From Eledone cirrhosa (lineage: Eukaryota), in contig OZ024759.1 in assembly GCA_964016885.1 (NCBI GenBank), positions 30,256,001 to 30,320,000 of the forward strand: a DNA stretch of 64,000 nt, in the 5' to 3' direction. The first letter of the stretch is position 1. Every line of letters begins with the position of its first letter. The notes beneath the pieces were generated by a model, which had not been told where the DNA came from, made no database searches, and worked only from the letters and a program-made list of their open reading frames with translations. Made by a program: the position numbers and the translations under genes. Positions 1 through 13,775 of this stretch are shown in pieces.

Positions 1-639
1 CAACAACAACAACAACAGCAATACTATCAACAACATCAACAATAACAGCAGCAACAGCAGCATCATCATCATCAACAACAACAGCAAATGTAATAAGAGT
101 TGTAAAAATGTAAGGGTAGTAAAATAAAATAAAAAATAAACGTAAACTAAAAATTAAAAAAATAAAATAAAAATAAAAATAATATTAATAATAATGGAAC
201 TGTAGATTTGAACATTTTCCAAGAGCGGTGACATTACCTTATATGGGTATGATGACGTCATCATATTGTGAATTATTTTCTAAAATTTAATCTGTTGTGA
301 AAAGTGAAAAACCAGATTAGTGTTTCGCTGATTTTTCGACTGTTTAACGTACACACAGTCACACACACACACACACACACAGTCACACACACACACACAC
401 ACACGCACACATATATATATACATAGGGTCTTACATTCACACACACACACACACATAGAGACTCACACAGTCACACACAAATAGACATTCACACATTCAC
501 ACACACACACACATATATATATACACACAATCATACACACACACACATATATATATATATACACACAGACTTATATTCACACACACACATACATACACAC
601 GCATACACACACATATATATATATATATATTTGTATATA

Positions 640-681
<42 letters not shown>

Positions 682-701
682 GAAGTTCATATATGCTTGA
701 A

Positions 702-751
<50 letters not shown>

Positions 752-991
752 TGTATGTACTGAACACACGTTTGGTACATCTGTGTACGTATATGTACGA
801 TAAGCACTAAAATGCGTCACAGAGAAAGTGAGAGATAACAACAACAACAACAACAACAACATTTTTATATCAGGCTGACATTTACGGTCCAGAGTTTATG
901 ACGTCATACGTAGACAGTTCGCTATTTTACAGCTTTTCTCCCCCATTCCTCACAATACTGATGAACACAAGAGAAATAGGAAAATCTACAT

Positions 992-1034
<43 letters not shown>

Positions 1035-1139
1035 AACACACACACATATATATATATATAAACACACACGCATATATATATATATAAACACACACACATA
1101 TATATATATATAAACACACACGCATATATATATATATAA

Positions 1140-1202
<63 letters not shown>

Positions 1203-1237
1203 CATATATATATTTATATATATACATATATATATAT

Positions 1238-1420
1238 CCGGGAGCTTCCAACAGAAATGGTCGCATTCTGTAAGGGTATGTCAATATTTATTTATAAAAC
1301 TGATCTATATTATATTTTATCTGATGCAAGCGCACCATAATTTAACTTGGTGTCCTTGAAATATGTATAATGAAATAAATATGCTTTTATAAATATAGTT
1401 TCCATTTGTTAATATATCGT
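1238..1420 (+). mobile_element. Family A HHR element fragment in (TA)n; core mutated (CTGATGC)
   Basis: Homologous to 2271-2375 and 46415-46730: tattttat-CTGATGC...GAAA-tatgta-TA-atgaaata. Confidence 0.7.
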
Positions 1421-1564
1421 ATATATACATATATATTTATTAAAATAACAGATTAAAGTTTAAGCGAAGAATCGCTGTTTTCACCCTTAACGGGATCTTC
1501 TGAAACTGTTATTTTAATAAATATTTGCTCTACGGTTCTTATATATCCTTATCAAGCCCTTTTT

Positions 1565-1616
<52 letters not shown>

Positions 1617-1924
1617 GCGCACAGGCAAAATGCATGTGGGAAAACTACGGTACAACGGTCGCTTCTTCGCAGTAAACCTCTGGAAAATGCAATAGTTTCA
1701 GTATTTGAAGATGAATACTGTTCATTTCTTTGCACACAAGTACACAGATACTCACACATACAATCACAAATACAGACTCACAGACACTAGTTGATAATAC
1801 AAGTTTTTATGGTGTAGATTAAGATAGTTCAAGTGAGATTATCACAACTGGAATGAAATATTCCAGTTGTGATAATGAAGCGGTTCTAAATCAATTAGAT
1901 GATTTAATTTTAATCTTTGTTAAT

Positions 1925-1985
<61 letters not shown>

Positions 1986-1987
<2 letters not shown>

Positions 1988-2370
1988 CAGAAGGAATATT
2001 CAATTTGTTGGTAATTCAACAAATAGAAATGTTTATAACTGATTCACAGCACTCGACAAGTTTTCTGGAGTATAATATACAATGATATTAAAAAAATGGC
2101 AACTATATTTACAGTTTTTTTCAGCCCTTTTTCAAACCTCATTTGCATACTCATCTTAATAATTTGAAATATCTCACTTTTCTTCTCTTATCCCTTCACT
2201 ATCCAAGGAAAACTTGAACTGTTAAGGTATATTCTCCTTGGTTATGTCAAAATTTATAAAACACACTTCGTATTTTATCTGATGATAGCGTACCCAAATG
2301 TTGGTACCCTTGAAATATATATAATAGAATAAATATGGTTTTATAAATATAGTTTCCATTTATTTAATAT

Positions 2371-2375
<5 letters not shown>
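1986..2375. mobile_element. Family A fold-back HHR element in (TA)n
   Basis: Minus-strand tail (agcactcgac...ggagta) plus a plus-strand HHR arm. Flanked by (TA)n on both sides. Confidence 0.75.
2271..2331 (+). ncRNA. Minimal type I hammerhead ribozyme (family A)
   Basis: tattttat-CTGATGA-stem II (gtacc/ggtac)-GAAA-tatata-TA-atagaata. Confidence 0.78.
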
Positions 2376-2407
<32 letters not shown>

Positions 2408-2618
2408 TACATATATATATATATGTTTATAAAACACATAAATATATATATATATATATAGACACATATATATATACATACATATAAATATATATACATA
2501 CATAATACATATACTTATATATACATACATAATACATATATATATAAATGCATATACATATGTACACATATATGGAGAGGGAGAGAGTGAGAGATAGATA
2601 TATAGAGAGAGAGATAGC

Positions 2619-2708
<90 letters not shown>

Positions 2709-2810
2709 GTGTAACAGACAGAGTGGAATAAATCATGTTTTACATCGCTAGGAGAGAGGGAAAGAGAGAATGAGTGTATGTGTGCGACAGAGAGAAATTA
2801 AGTTATATAC

Positions 2811-2889
<79 letters not shown>

Positions 2890-3069
2890 GAAGTAGTATT
2901 CTATATCGAATCTGTCCACCGTCAATGCTGTCTTCTGTTGACGACATTAACCAACGTCAGTGTTTATTTAGTTTACATTGGCGGCCATATTGGATGTGTA
3001 GAATTAAACAAGATTTAAGTTGTTAGCCATTGATCAACTGAGAGAAAACGAAGAATATAGAGATATCAT

Positions 3070-3450
3070 ATGGTGAATGGTGGTAGTGGTGTTGGTGGTG
3101 GTTGTAATGGTGGTGGTGGTGTTGGTGGTGGTTGTAATGATGTTGGTGGCGTCTGTAATGGTGGTAGTGGTGTTGGTGGTGGTTGTAATTGTGGTGGTGG
3201 TGTTGGTGGTGGTTGTAATGGTGGTGGTGGTGTTGGTGGTGGTTGTAATGATGTTGGTGGCGTCTGTAATGGTGGTAGTGGTGTTGGTGGTGGTTGTAAT
3301 TGTGGTGTTGGTGTTGGTGGTGGTTGTAATGGTGGTGGTGGTGTTGGTGGTGGTTGTAATTGTGGTGTCTGTAATGGTGGTAGTGGTGTTGGTGGTGGTT
3401 GTAATTGTGGTGGTTGTAATGGTGGTAGTGGTGTTTATGGTGGTTGTAAT
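3070..3450. repeat. (GGT)n-derived minisatellite (ggtggtggttgtaat units)
   Basis: Degenerate trinucleotide tandem array; the Gly/Val ORFs are artefacts. Confidence 0.9.
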
Positions 3451-3515
3451 AGTTTCTCAGATACGTCTGTTTGTTTCAAAGCAGGTTCTCTTTCCCTGCT
3501 TTGAAACCAACAGTC

Positions 3516-3604
3516 GTATCTGAGGAACTTACGAATCCAGAGTTAGGTTCGATCCACCAACAGATCGCACCTCCAACTGTTCGCCGGAGAAACAATTGTA
3601 ATAC
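3516..3604 (+). ncRNA. Type I hammerhead ribozyme (family G), long stem II
   Basis: gtat-CTGAGGA(3520-3526)...GAAA(3589-3592)-caattg-TA-atac. Preceded by an inverted partial copy (about 3458-3490). Related to 46128-46220. Confidence 0.65.
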
Positions 3605-3646
3605 ACAATAAATTGAGTTCTGATGCATCACTCATTCTTCGTTTTC

Positions 3647-3686
<40 letters not shown>

Positions 3687-3689
<3 letters not shown>

Positions 3690-3873
3690 AACGAGTAGGA
3701 CCACGACGGCTGAGCTCAAGACGTTTCGACGGCTAATTCTGGACTCAAGCCGTCGAAACGGCTTGAGCTCAGCCGTCGGGGTCCTACTCGTTCCTATTAC
3801 CCACTCTACTACCCTAAGTATTGAGTACTTTGGTGCGTTATGGTGCACCTGGTTCCTTACCACATTTCCTTCG

Positions 3874-3874
<1 letters not shown>
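3687..3874 (+). mobile_element. Family B fold-back element in (TA)n (HHR 3' half)
   Basis: Palindromic head containing GAAA-cggct-tgagctc-agccg-TC (stem III plus GUC) and tail cactc...gagtact...cttcgt(TA)n. Other copies at 5572-5628, 6044-6213, 16322-16503, 24713-24793, 30813-30895, 31640-31841, 60779-60970, 61030-61146. Confidence 0.8.
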
Positions 3875-3914
<40 letters not shown>

Positions 3915-4421
3915 TGTTTATGTATATGTGTACGTGTGTGTATGTAGGTGTGTGTAGGTGTATGTGCGTGCCTGTACTAATTTTAGTATACTATTCCATA
4001 TAATACCATAGTTTTATGATACTACTAGATTGGGAGATGGTTCGCCACATATCAATTCAAAATCGATCACTAGTCTTCAGGATTCTTTGAAAAATATACG
4101 CCATATTTGTCTTCCACACGTCTCTTCTTTTCCTTAGAACAGGAGAAATTTTTTTTCCAACTGATTAAACATCGGAAGTGAACAAAATATTCCCGGAAGC
4201 ATATATTTTCAAACGAACTTTAGATTCATGTCTAATTTGAAATCGATCTTCTTCCAGTAATCTCCCATAATCTTCTCACATCACGAAGAGAAGTATTATA
4301 CGAAAATATATGTTTAAGTACAATGTATTAAATGTAAAATAAAACCTCCATGTTTATATATCGAGACCTCATTCTTGCATAATTACGAATTCACACGCAG
4401 AAGACGGATATATATATATAA

Positions 4422-4519
<98 letters not shown>

Positions 4520-4529
4520 TTAATATCAT

Positions 4530-4574
<45 letters not shown>

Positions 4575-4584
4575 TTAATATCAT

Positions 4585-4617
<33 letters not shown>

Positions 4618-4620
<3 letters not shown>

Positions 4621-4906
4621 ATGATATTAAATAAATGGAAACTATATTTATAAAACCATATTTATTTTATTATATATATTTCAAGGGTACAAAGACAACA
4701 TTGGTACGCTTTCATCAGATAAAATACAAAGTTTGTTTTACAAATAGAGACATACCCATGAAAATCATACCTTATCGGTTGGAAATTCACTGGATATTCA
4801 CTGAAAATTCACTTGAATATTTACTCCAGTAATATGTTGAGTGCTCTAAATCAGTTATAAACATTTATGTTTGTCGGACTTCCAACAAATTGAATACCAC
4901 TTCTAC
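4618..4906. mobile_element. Family A fold-back element with intact minus-strand HHR (4663-4726)
   Basis: Reverse complement reads tattttat-CTGATGA-aagcgtacc...gtaccctt-GAAA-tatata-TA-ataaaata. Plus-strand tail tactc(4822)...gagtgct(4839) then (TA)n. Confidence 0.8.
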
Positions 4907-5270
4907 TTATATATATATATATATACAGTATATATATATATGTACATATTTATATATAAGTATATGTATATATATAAAAGTATGCTGCAATAAATGTTCG
5001 GTAAACCGATACGTGCATATATATATATATATATGTGCGTGTATGTATATATGTACATACTACTGTACGTCTGTATACATATGTGTATGTACGTATACAT
5101 GCATGCATACTTACATTTAAGTAACTGCCGTACTAAGAGTGAGAAATACAATTTCGTTTGATTCTATTCCATGTATATAAAAGTATATATATATATATAT
5201 GTATATAAGTATATATATATAAGTATATATGTATATATATATATGTATATAAATATACATACATATATAT

Positions 5271-5340
<70 letters not shown>

Positions 5341-5419
5341 AGATCGAAAGATGGTTAAATGAGTTCCATGTATTTTATTATGCGCATTGCTTTATTGTAC
5401 TACAATAAAACTCACCTCC

Positions 5420-5510
<91 letters not shown>

Positions 5511-5867
5511 GTATATATATGTATATATATATATGTATTTATATATAGACATATATATATATATATATATGTATTGAGTACTCTCGTGCGTTATGGTCCA
5601 TCTGGTTCCTTACCACAACTCCTTCGTTATATATATATATATAGAAACACTTTAAACGTATAACGTTTGATTTGTCCAGGTGTACTTTTTCTCAACCTTT
5701 TAGTTCTTTCGTTACTTTGGTATTGTCTGTTAGATTTTGGCTACCACAATGTTCAATTTGTCAAGCTATTTAAACGTATGTTATTATTCTAAGGACCTAC
5801 CCTTGTCGAGTTCATATAGTAGGTCTAATATGTTTGCACACCGCCAAAGATTCGATTTTACTTAGCC

Positions 5868-5929
<62 letters not shown>

Positions 5930-6008
5930 ATGTATATGTATATACATATATGTGTATATATACATGAATATATATATATGTATGTATATATTATACCTAT
6001 ATATGTGT

Positions 6009-6043
<35 letters not shown>

Positions 6044-6044
<1 letters not shown>

Positions 6045-6210
6045 CGAGGGAAAAGTGGTAAGGAACCAGGTGGACCATAACGCACCAAAGTACTCAATAC
6101 TTAGGGTAGTAGAGTGGGTAATAGGAGTAAGTAAGACCCCGACGGCTGAGCTCAGTTTCAGAATTAGCCGTCGAAACGGCTTGAGCTCAGCCGTCGGGGT
6201 CTTACTTACT

Positions 6211-6213
<3 letters not shown>
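6044..6213 (-). mobile_element. Family B fold-back element
   Basis: Reverse-complement copy of the 3687-3874 family, between (TA)n tracts, just upstream of the truncated PLE ORF. Confidence 0.8.
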
Positions 6214-6281
<68 letters not shown>

Positions 6282-6285
<4 letters not shown>

Positions 6286-7046
6286 AAAATCACGATACAA
6301 CCTATAAAAATAATAAAAATAATAAACAACATAGAAACCGTAATAGACGGGTTACTTGGTATAATGCTCCTTTTAATTTACAAGTTAAGGATAATATTGC
6401 TAAAAAATTTTTTTATATCCTTGTGAAAAACTTCCCGCCAAACCACAAATACCATCAAATCTTAAATAGGTCTACAGTTAAATTCTCATACTCTACAACA
6501 AATAACATAAAACAAAATATAAGTGCCTATAATGCATATAAATGTAAGAAAACCATAAGTATACCACCAGTACATCAAATTAACCATAATATCTCCTCAA
6601 ATACAGAATTAACGAAAGGATGTAACTGTAGAAACAAAGCAAACTGCCCATTAAAAGGGAATTGTCTTGTTAACAACATAGTCTATAAATGTAATGTTAA
6701 AACTAAAGATTCTATTTGCTCATATATAGGAGCTACCTCTAACAATTTTAAGACAAGGTTTAATACCCACAAGCATAGTTTTAAAAATGCCGCACTGGCT
6801 AATACAACATCTCTAGCAGAAAAAATCAATAGTTATAAAAATAAGAATATAGAATATGATTTGACCTGGAGTGTGCTCAAAAGAGCCACCCCTTATCAAA
6901 ATAATAGAAATGAATGTAGATTATGTTCCCAAGAACTATTTGAAATAATGAAGTCTAAGGATATCTTATTAAATAAACGACAGGAATTAATTATATCGTG
7001 TAATCATAAACTAAAAAAAACATTTAAATATTATAAACCTAATTAA
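6282..7046 (+). mobile_element. 5'-truncated Penelope-like retroelement ORF: RT C-terminal linker plus GIY-YIG endonuclease (probably Naiad/Neptune-type; clade not determined)
   Basis: Frame is open from the (TA)n junction at 6282, upstream of the listed GTG at 6423, to TAA 7046. It reads ...RRVTWYNAPFN...FPPNHKYHQILNRSTVKFSYS...GCNCRNKANCPLKGNCL..NIVYKC...YIGATSNNFKTRFNTHKHSF...W..LKRATPY...CRLCSQE...LLNKRQELIISCNH, i.e. VY/YIG motifs, Arg, Glu and LN with Cys clusters typical of PLE endonucleases. Confidence 0.92.
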
Positions 7047-8696
7047 TAACATTATTTTAGAAATTAATTTAATTTAAATGTTAGTTAACCTATAAATTTA
7101 ATTTAATTAAAATTTTATTACAGATGAGAATATAAAATATTATGTAATCATAAATTGTGAAAAACCTTTAAATATTACTAATATATACTTAGTAATTTAA
7201 TTTATAGATTAATTTTAATTTATTTAAACCTTTTATTATAATTCTTTTACAGATAAAATATAACAAAATAATATCGTGTATCCAATGACAGAGAAATAAT
7301 TTTTAGTATTATAGACCTAATTAATATACATTTTAGAAATATATTTATAATTTGGTTTTAATTTTAATCAACCTAAAAATTTAATTTTAATTTGCTTAAG
7401 ATTAGTATCCTTATACAGACGAATTGCAGAATGTCATGTAATCATAGAATGGGATGTGTTTTGGATATATACCTAGTTAATATATTCTATGCAATTTTTT
7501 GGAAAAAATATGTATATGTATATGTGTATGTGTATGTGTGTGTGTATGTATATGTGTATATATGTATATATATATATATGTGTATATATATGTATATATG
7601 TATGTGTATGTATATGTATATGTATATGTATTAATTTTGATTTCTATTTGCATATAATTATATTATGCTATTGATAAAATACAATATCTGTTTTATGTAT
7701 TATATACCTAATTAACATATACTATAGAAATAAATATATAATTTTTAATTTAGTTAACCTATAATTTATATTCTACTACCGATGTAATACTTTATTTTAT
7801 TTGTTTTTTCCCTATTACTAAATTCATTTCCTAATATTGATACCATAACGTTATTAACTTTAATTTAGTTATACTATAATTAATACTCTACTACTATTTA
7901 ACTTCAAAATTCTGCTTCAAAGATTATAAACCTAACTAATTTACACCTTAGAAATCAATATGTTAACTATCTTTGGTTTAGTTAACATATAATTAATGGT
8001 ATACTTGTTTATTTTGAGATGCATAGATTTTGCCTTAGTTCTTGTTTATTGTATTTCCTAACACTGAAACTATGTAAAAACATACATTGGATCAAGATAC
8101 GGAAAATATTCTATGTTTCTTGAAACATATATTTACTATGATCCCCTTCTCCAACCCCCCCCCTTTCCCCCATACTATTATCATCTGTATTTGTAAGCGT
8201 GTATGTATGAATATATATGTAGGTAGGTGTCTATATAGGTTTGGGTATTTATATCTGAATATAAAAATACATATATGCGCATGCAAATATGAATGTAAGA
8301 TTGTGTGTGTATATATGAGTGTGTGTATGTATGTATATATGTGTATATATGCATGTATATATGTATGTGTATGTGAATGTGTGTATGTGTATGTGTATGT
8401 ATATATATATATGTATATATGTATATATATGTGTATATATGTATATATAGAAATATATATATATATATATATATGTATATGTATATGTGTGTGTATGTAT
8501 GTGTGTGTATGTGTGTTGTATATATATGTATGTCTCTCTATTTATATGTCTATCTTCGTATCTATGTGGATATATGTGTGTGTGTGTGCATGTATGCACA
8601 TATATGTGTTTATGTGTATATGTGTGTATGTGTGTATATATGTGTGTGTGCACACACATATATATGTGAGTGTGTATATGTGTCTGTGTATATGTA

Positions 8697-8730
<34 letters not shown>

Positions 8731-8816
8731 GGTGTCTATGTGTGAATATATGTCTATATTCGTATGTGTGTATATATGTATGTATATGTTTATATGTATA
8801 TATATGTATATGTATG

Positions 8817-8855
<39 letters not shown>

Positions 8856-9100
8856 TTTTATTATTATAATATAACTTATGTGTATGTGTGTATATGTGAG
8901 GTTGTGTATGTGTATATAATATGTGTATATATAAGTGTAAAAAAATATATATATATGTGCATGTCTGTTTTTTATGTGTGTGTATATATATATATATATA
9001 CGTGTGTATATATATGTATATGTGGGTGTTTGTATGTGTATTTATGGTGGTATGTGTGTGTGGGTATCTATATATATATATATATATGAATGTATGTGTG

Positions 9101-9155
<55 letters not shown>

Positions 9156-9506
9156 ATATATATATCTCTATTAATGCGTGTATATATGTATATACATATG
9201 CCTTTTTATTTTTATTTGTATGTCTGAGTTAGGTGAGGTTGTAGTGGTGTTTTTATGTATATACGCATATATGGATGCGTATGTATTTGTATATATGAGT
9301 ATAAGTAAGTGCATATGTATGTATGATTATATATCTAATTCTATGTATGAATATACATGTATATATATGTGTGTATGTAAGTTGTGTGTGTATGTATGTA
9401 TATGTCTATGTGTGTATATATATATGTATGTATATCGATGTATGTGTATGTATGTACATGTATGTCTATGTATGTGTGTATGTATGTGTATGTGTATATA
9501 TATGTG

Positions 9507-9549
<43 letters not shown>

Positions 9550-10194
9550 ATATATATATATATGTATATATCTTTATTATTTATTTTTTTATATATATGT
9601 GTATGTGTGTATGTGTTGTGTGTGTGTGTGTGTGTATATATATCTTTATATATGTGTATGTGTATGTTCGTGTAGGTGTATGTGTGTGTATGACTTTATA
9701 TGTATGTGTGTATGTGTGTATGCGTATATATTTCTATGTGTGTGTACATGTATGTATGTGTGTGTATGTGTATGTGTGTGTATGTGTATATGTATGTGTA
9801 TATATATATATATATATATATGTTATATATATATATGTATATATATATATGTGTGTGTATATATATATATATATATATCTATATGTTTTTCTATTTGTAT
9901 ATGTATGTGTGTATAGGTATATACCTTTCTCTTTGTATGTCTAAGTTGTGTGATAGTGTAGTGGTGTTTGTATGTATATACCGATATATAGATGCGTAAG
10001 TATTTGTCTGTATGTATATATGTAAGTCTGTATATATTTGTGTGTATATATAGCTATGTATGTGTATATCTGTATGTATATTAGTATGTAAGTGTTGTAT
10101 ATGTGCATGTATGTGTGTGGTTATATATATGTGTGTCTATATAGTATGTGTGATTATATATATATGTGTGTGTATATGTACGTGTATATACATA

Positions 10195-10245
<51 letters not shown>

Positions 10246-10430
10246 ATGTGTATTTGTATGTATATGTGTATATGTATGTATGTGTGTATATGTATATGTT
10301 TATATATGTGTGTGTATGTATGTTCTTAGTGTGGATGTGTGTATATGTATGTATGTGTTTGTATATGTGTGTATATTTATGTATGTGTGTGTGTGTGTCT
10401 ATGTGTATATATATGTATATTGTATATATA

Positions 10431-10497
<67 letters not shown>

Positions 10498-11478
10498 TTT
10501 CTTGATATATTTCTTTTTTCTTTTTTCTTTTTTCTTTTTTCTTTCTATTCTTTCCTCTTTAATGTTTATTTATTATTTTTTATTTTCTTAGTTTATAGAT
10601 ACATCTATATTAGGCAGTCTGCTCAGACCGTTGAATACTGACCTCTCCCCCCCCCCCCTCCCACCTAATTTCTGTATCTTGATCTAAAAATGTGTGTGCC
10701 AGTGTTTATGTGAGTGAATTAATATCCATGTGCTTATGATTTTATATCCACATATATAAATGTGAGTGGGGGTGTGTGTGTGTTTGTATGTTCGTGGTTA
10801 TGTGTATATTTATGCATATACGCGCGTGTATGTGTGATTGTACGGATATGTGTGAGTATGAAAAAATATATTTATATACTTAATTTCATACTTGTGTCAA
10901 TACGCATCTTATCTGTGCATTATAAACTTACAGAGACATTAACCTTGAAATTTTGTATTTGCATCCATCCTTTTAGTATGCGTATACAAATTATACATAC
11001 ATTTTTGTAAAATATGTGTAAGGGTTTTACATGTATATACACACACCGAACTGCATTTAACCCTTTGTGTTTTCATTGGTCAATTTTGTTCCCAAACGGA
11101 CCTGAAATTTTGAATTGTTGTTATTATCAATAAATATACTTCATTATTTCTGAAGACGGCGTATATATGTGTTGGTATGTATATTTAATCTTGATAGTTT
11201 GTATAATTTTGTATAATTTTGTACATAGATCTGTTGAATATGCATGCCAATTCTAACACATATATATCCTAGAAACGATCGTTAAATAATGAACTTTTTT
11301 TGTTTAATATAAGGAATTGTTTATTCATTATTTGTTTAATATTTTATCTTGACTCTGTATACCGTTTATCTTTCACCGAAAGTGATTTTTCATTACATCT
11401 CTTCTTTCCATGATATCCGGAATACATTGAGTTCTTCATACGGATTGGACACTACCGTAAACTCTTGGTAGATTTATC

Positions 11479-11481
<3 letters not shown>
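7047..11481 (+). mobile_element. Putative long 3' region and pLTR of the GIY-YIG PLE
   Basis: Contiguous same-strand region: degenerate repeats of the ORF end (about 7050-7770), degenerate TG/TA tract, HHR at 11140-11293, ACTC..GAGT tail, then (TA)n from about 11482. Linkage to the ORF is inferred. Confidence 0.55.
11140..11293 (+). ncRNA. Type I hammerhead ribozyme with long stem II insertion
   Basis: ttcattattt-CTGAAGA(11150-11156)-long stem II (atatatgtgttgg...ctaacacatatat)-GAAA(11272-11275)-cgatcg-TT-aaataatgaa. Perfect 10-bp stem I and palindromic loop 3. Confidence 0.8.
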
Positions 11482-11521
<40 letters not shown>

Positions 11522-11609
11522 GTGTATATATATACATATATATATTTATGTATATATATATATATAAATATATATATATATACATATATATATTTATGTG
11601 TATATATAC

Positions 11610-11640
<31 letters not shown>

Positions 11641-11659
11641 CATCTCTCTCTCTCTCTCT

Positions 11660-11694
<35 letters not shown>

Positions 11695-11856
11695 TGTGTG
11701 TGTGTGTGTGAGTGTGAGTGTGTGTGTGCGTATTTTGTATAACTAATAATATCTGTAGATATACAAAATACACATACTTGTATATATACAGCTATGTTGG
11801 TGCCAACACCTTAATACTCTCTCTCTCTTTCTCTCCCTCTTTCACTCACACACACA

Positions 11857-11937
<81 letters not shown>

Positions 11938-12075
11938 GTGAGTGTTATTGTGTGTGAGCGAGCGAGGGCGTACGTGTGTTCTGGAATGATTAGTATCAAC
12001 CATTAATATCTGAAACTATTCTGATTTCCTGAGGCTGTCTGTTCGTTTTTCCGTTGTTCTTTCTTGTTACCTTTC

Positions 12076-12117
<42 letters not shown>

Positions 12118-12197
12118 TTAAACATACAAACTGACTATTTATCTAATGATCAATCTTAATTTCTATCATTCCCTACATGTATTCTATTTTCCTACAC

Positions 12198-12211
12198 GTT
12201 GCTATAGAAAC
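12198..12211 (+). promoter_or_regulatory. Candidate RFX X-box
   Basis: GTTGCTATAGAAAC fits GTNRCY-AT-RGNAAC and lies 20 bp upstream of gtcgccATG in non-repetitive DNA. Confidence 0.3.
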
Positions 12212-12231
12212 GTTTCTTCGAAGCGGTCGCC

Positions 12232-12307
12232 ATGATGTTTGCATCAGACATTGTGAAAAAAAGAAAGAAAATGAACCATCTTCAAAGTGAACTGACCTAT
12301 AAATCAG
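12232..12307 (+). CDS. Candidate first coding exon of an unidentified host gene (MMFASDIVKKRKKMNHLQSELTYKS)
   Basis: Kozak-like gtcgccATG, open 25 codons, possible donor CAG|GTGGTT. No homology recognised. Confidence 0.2.
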
Positions 12308-12518
12308 GTGGTTATATATATATATTTATATATTTTCCATTTTAAATATCATTGATTCTTAAGCAAGTTAATCTACGTCACTTATATACACTCGACTCAA
12401 CACAGAAAACTCCATTGGAAGTTTTTCATTTCTAAACATAGAATATATGATATCAATGTTTAAGAGAGAGAGGGAGGGGGGAGTGTGAGAGTGTGAGAGT
12501 GAGAGCGAGTGTGAGAGA

Positions 12519-12549
<31 letters not shown>

Positions 12550-12656
12550 TTAGTGAGTGAGTGAGTGAGAGAGAGTGTGATTGAGAGAGAGAGTGTGCGA
12601 GAGAGAGAGTTTGAGAGAGGGAGAGTGTGAAAGAGAGAGAGAGAGAGAGAGAATGT

Positions 12657-12692
<36 letters not shown>

Positions 12693-12809
12693 GAGAGAGA
12701 AAGAGAGAGAGTGAGCGAATGCGATGCGGTTTCAATCTCCGCCAGAGGTCCCTCAATTTTTCTTCCATCTTTTTTTCTGAGTAGCTCTGAGATTGTGTTT
12801 ATGTGTTTA

Positions 12810-12877
<68 letters not shown>

Positions 12878-13180
12878 TGCATCTGAGTATGCGTCTCTAT
12901 GTATGTATGCATGTATATATTATGTAAGTATGTATATATTATGTGTGGCTACGAAAGCATGTGTGTGTCTGTGTTAGTATGTACGTGTCTATATGTATAT
13001 ATATATGTACGCCTATGCATGAATGCGTGTATGTATTTATTATGTGTGCTTCTATATGTATGAATGTATGTACGTAGGGGGGTGGTTAGTATTTTGGCTG
13101 GACGTCCCGCAAATGACCATCTCCCATGAAAACACTTCAAGGACCAACTCGATCGCCACCTGGTCCAAGGCAATGAATGT

Positions 13181-13400
13181 ATGCATTTCGACGGGTTTGC
13201 GATCAAACCTGCAGCAGTGGAAACTTCTGGGGTCCTTGGCCCTAGGACCACATCCCTACTCACAACCGTCGGCACGGAGTTACCTAGTTACAGCAGGTGC
13301 GGGCCCTGCGAGCTGGAACAGCTCTTCCAAGGCGTCTCCTTCACCATTCTCTGTGGAAACGCCTTCTCCATTCTGTCCGCCGGGGCAGGCCAGCGCGTAA
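13181..13400 (+). mobile_element. 3' fragment of a CRE-like non-LTR retrotransposon (restriction-like endonuclease C-terminus)
   Basis: Translation ..IKPAAVETSGVLGPRTTSLLTTVGTEL...ELEQLFQGVSFTILCGNAFSILSAG matches the P.AVET.G..G...L.Q..S..I..GNA..IL signature at the end of CRE/RLE ORFs. GC-rich island. Confidence 0.7.
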
Positions 13401-13424
13401 CCTCTCCTCCCGTCCACTTGCTTA

Positions 13425-13775
13425 TAATAGTGAGAGATGGGGAGAGTGAGAGAGAGGGAGGTAGTGAGAGAGAGAGAGAGAGAGAGACAGAGACAAAGGT
13501 AGTGAGAGATGGGGAGAGTGAGAGAGAGAGAGAGAGATAGAGAGAGAGAGGTAGTGAGAGATGGGGAGAGTGAGAAAGAGAGAGAGAGATAGAGAGAGAG
13601 AGGTAGTGAGAGATGGGGAGAGTGAGAGAGATGGAGGTAGTGATAGAGAGAGAGATGGAGGTAGTGATAGAGAGAGAGATACAGAGAGAGAGGTAGTGAG
13701 ATATGGGGAGAGTGAGAGAGAGAGAGAGGTAGTGAGAGATGGGGAGAGTGAGAAAGAGAGAGAGAGGTAGTGAGT
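13425..13775. repeat. GA-rich compound minisatellite (gtagtgagagatggggagagt units)
   Basis: Repeated unit interleaved with (GA)n. Confidence 0.85.

Noticed and set aside
248-906. TGACGTCA (CRE) palindromes at 253-260 and 899-906
   Set aside because: Short motifs with no linked gene; function cannot be supported.
1838-1876. 17-bp perfect hairpin as a possible HHR stem II
   Set aside because: Flanking core is not CUGANGA/GAAA; insufficient evidence.
3070-3504. Gly/Cys-rich ORF resembling a structural protein
   Set aside because: Fully explained by a GGT-based minisatellite that is also open in another frame; no signal peptide or splice context.
6055-6426. Recurrent peptide [24 protein letters not shown] in several ORFs
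   Set aside because: Antisense translation of the non-coding family B tail.
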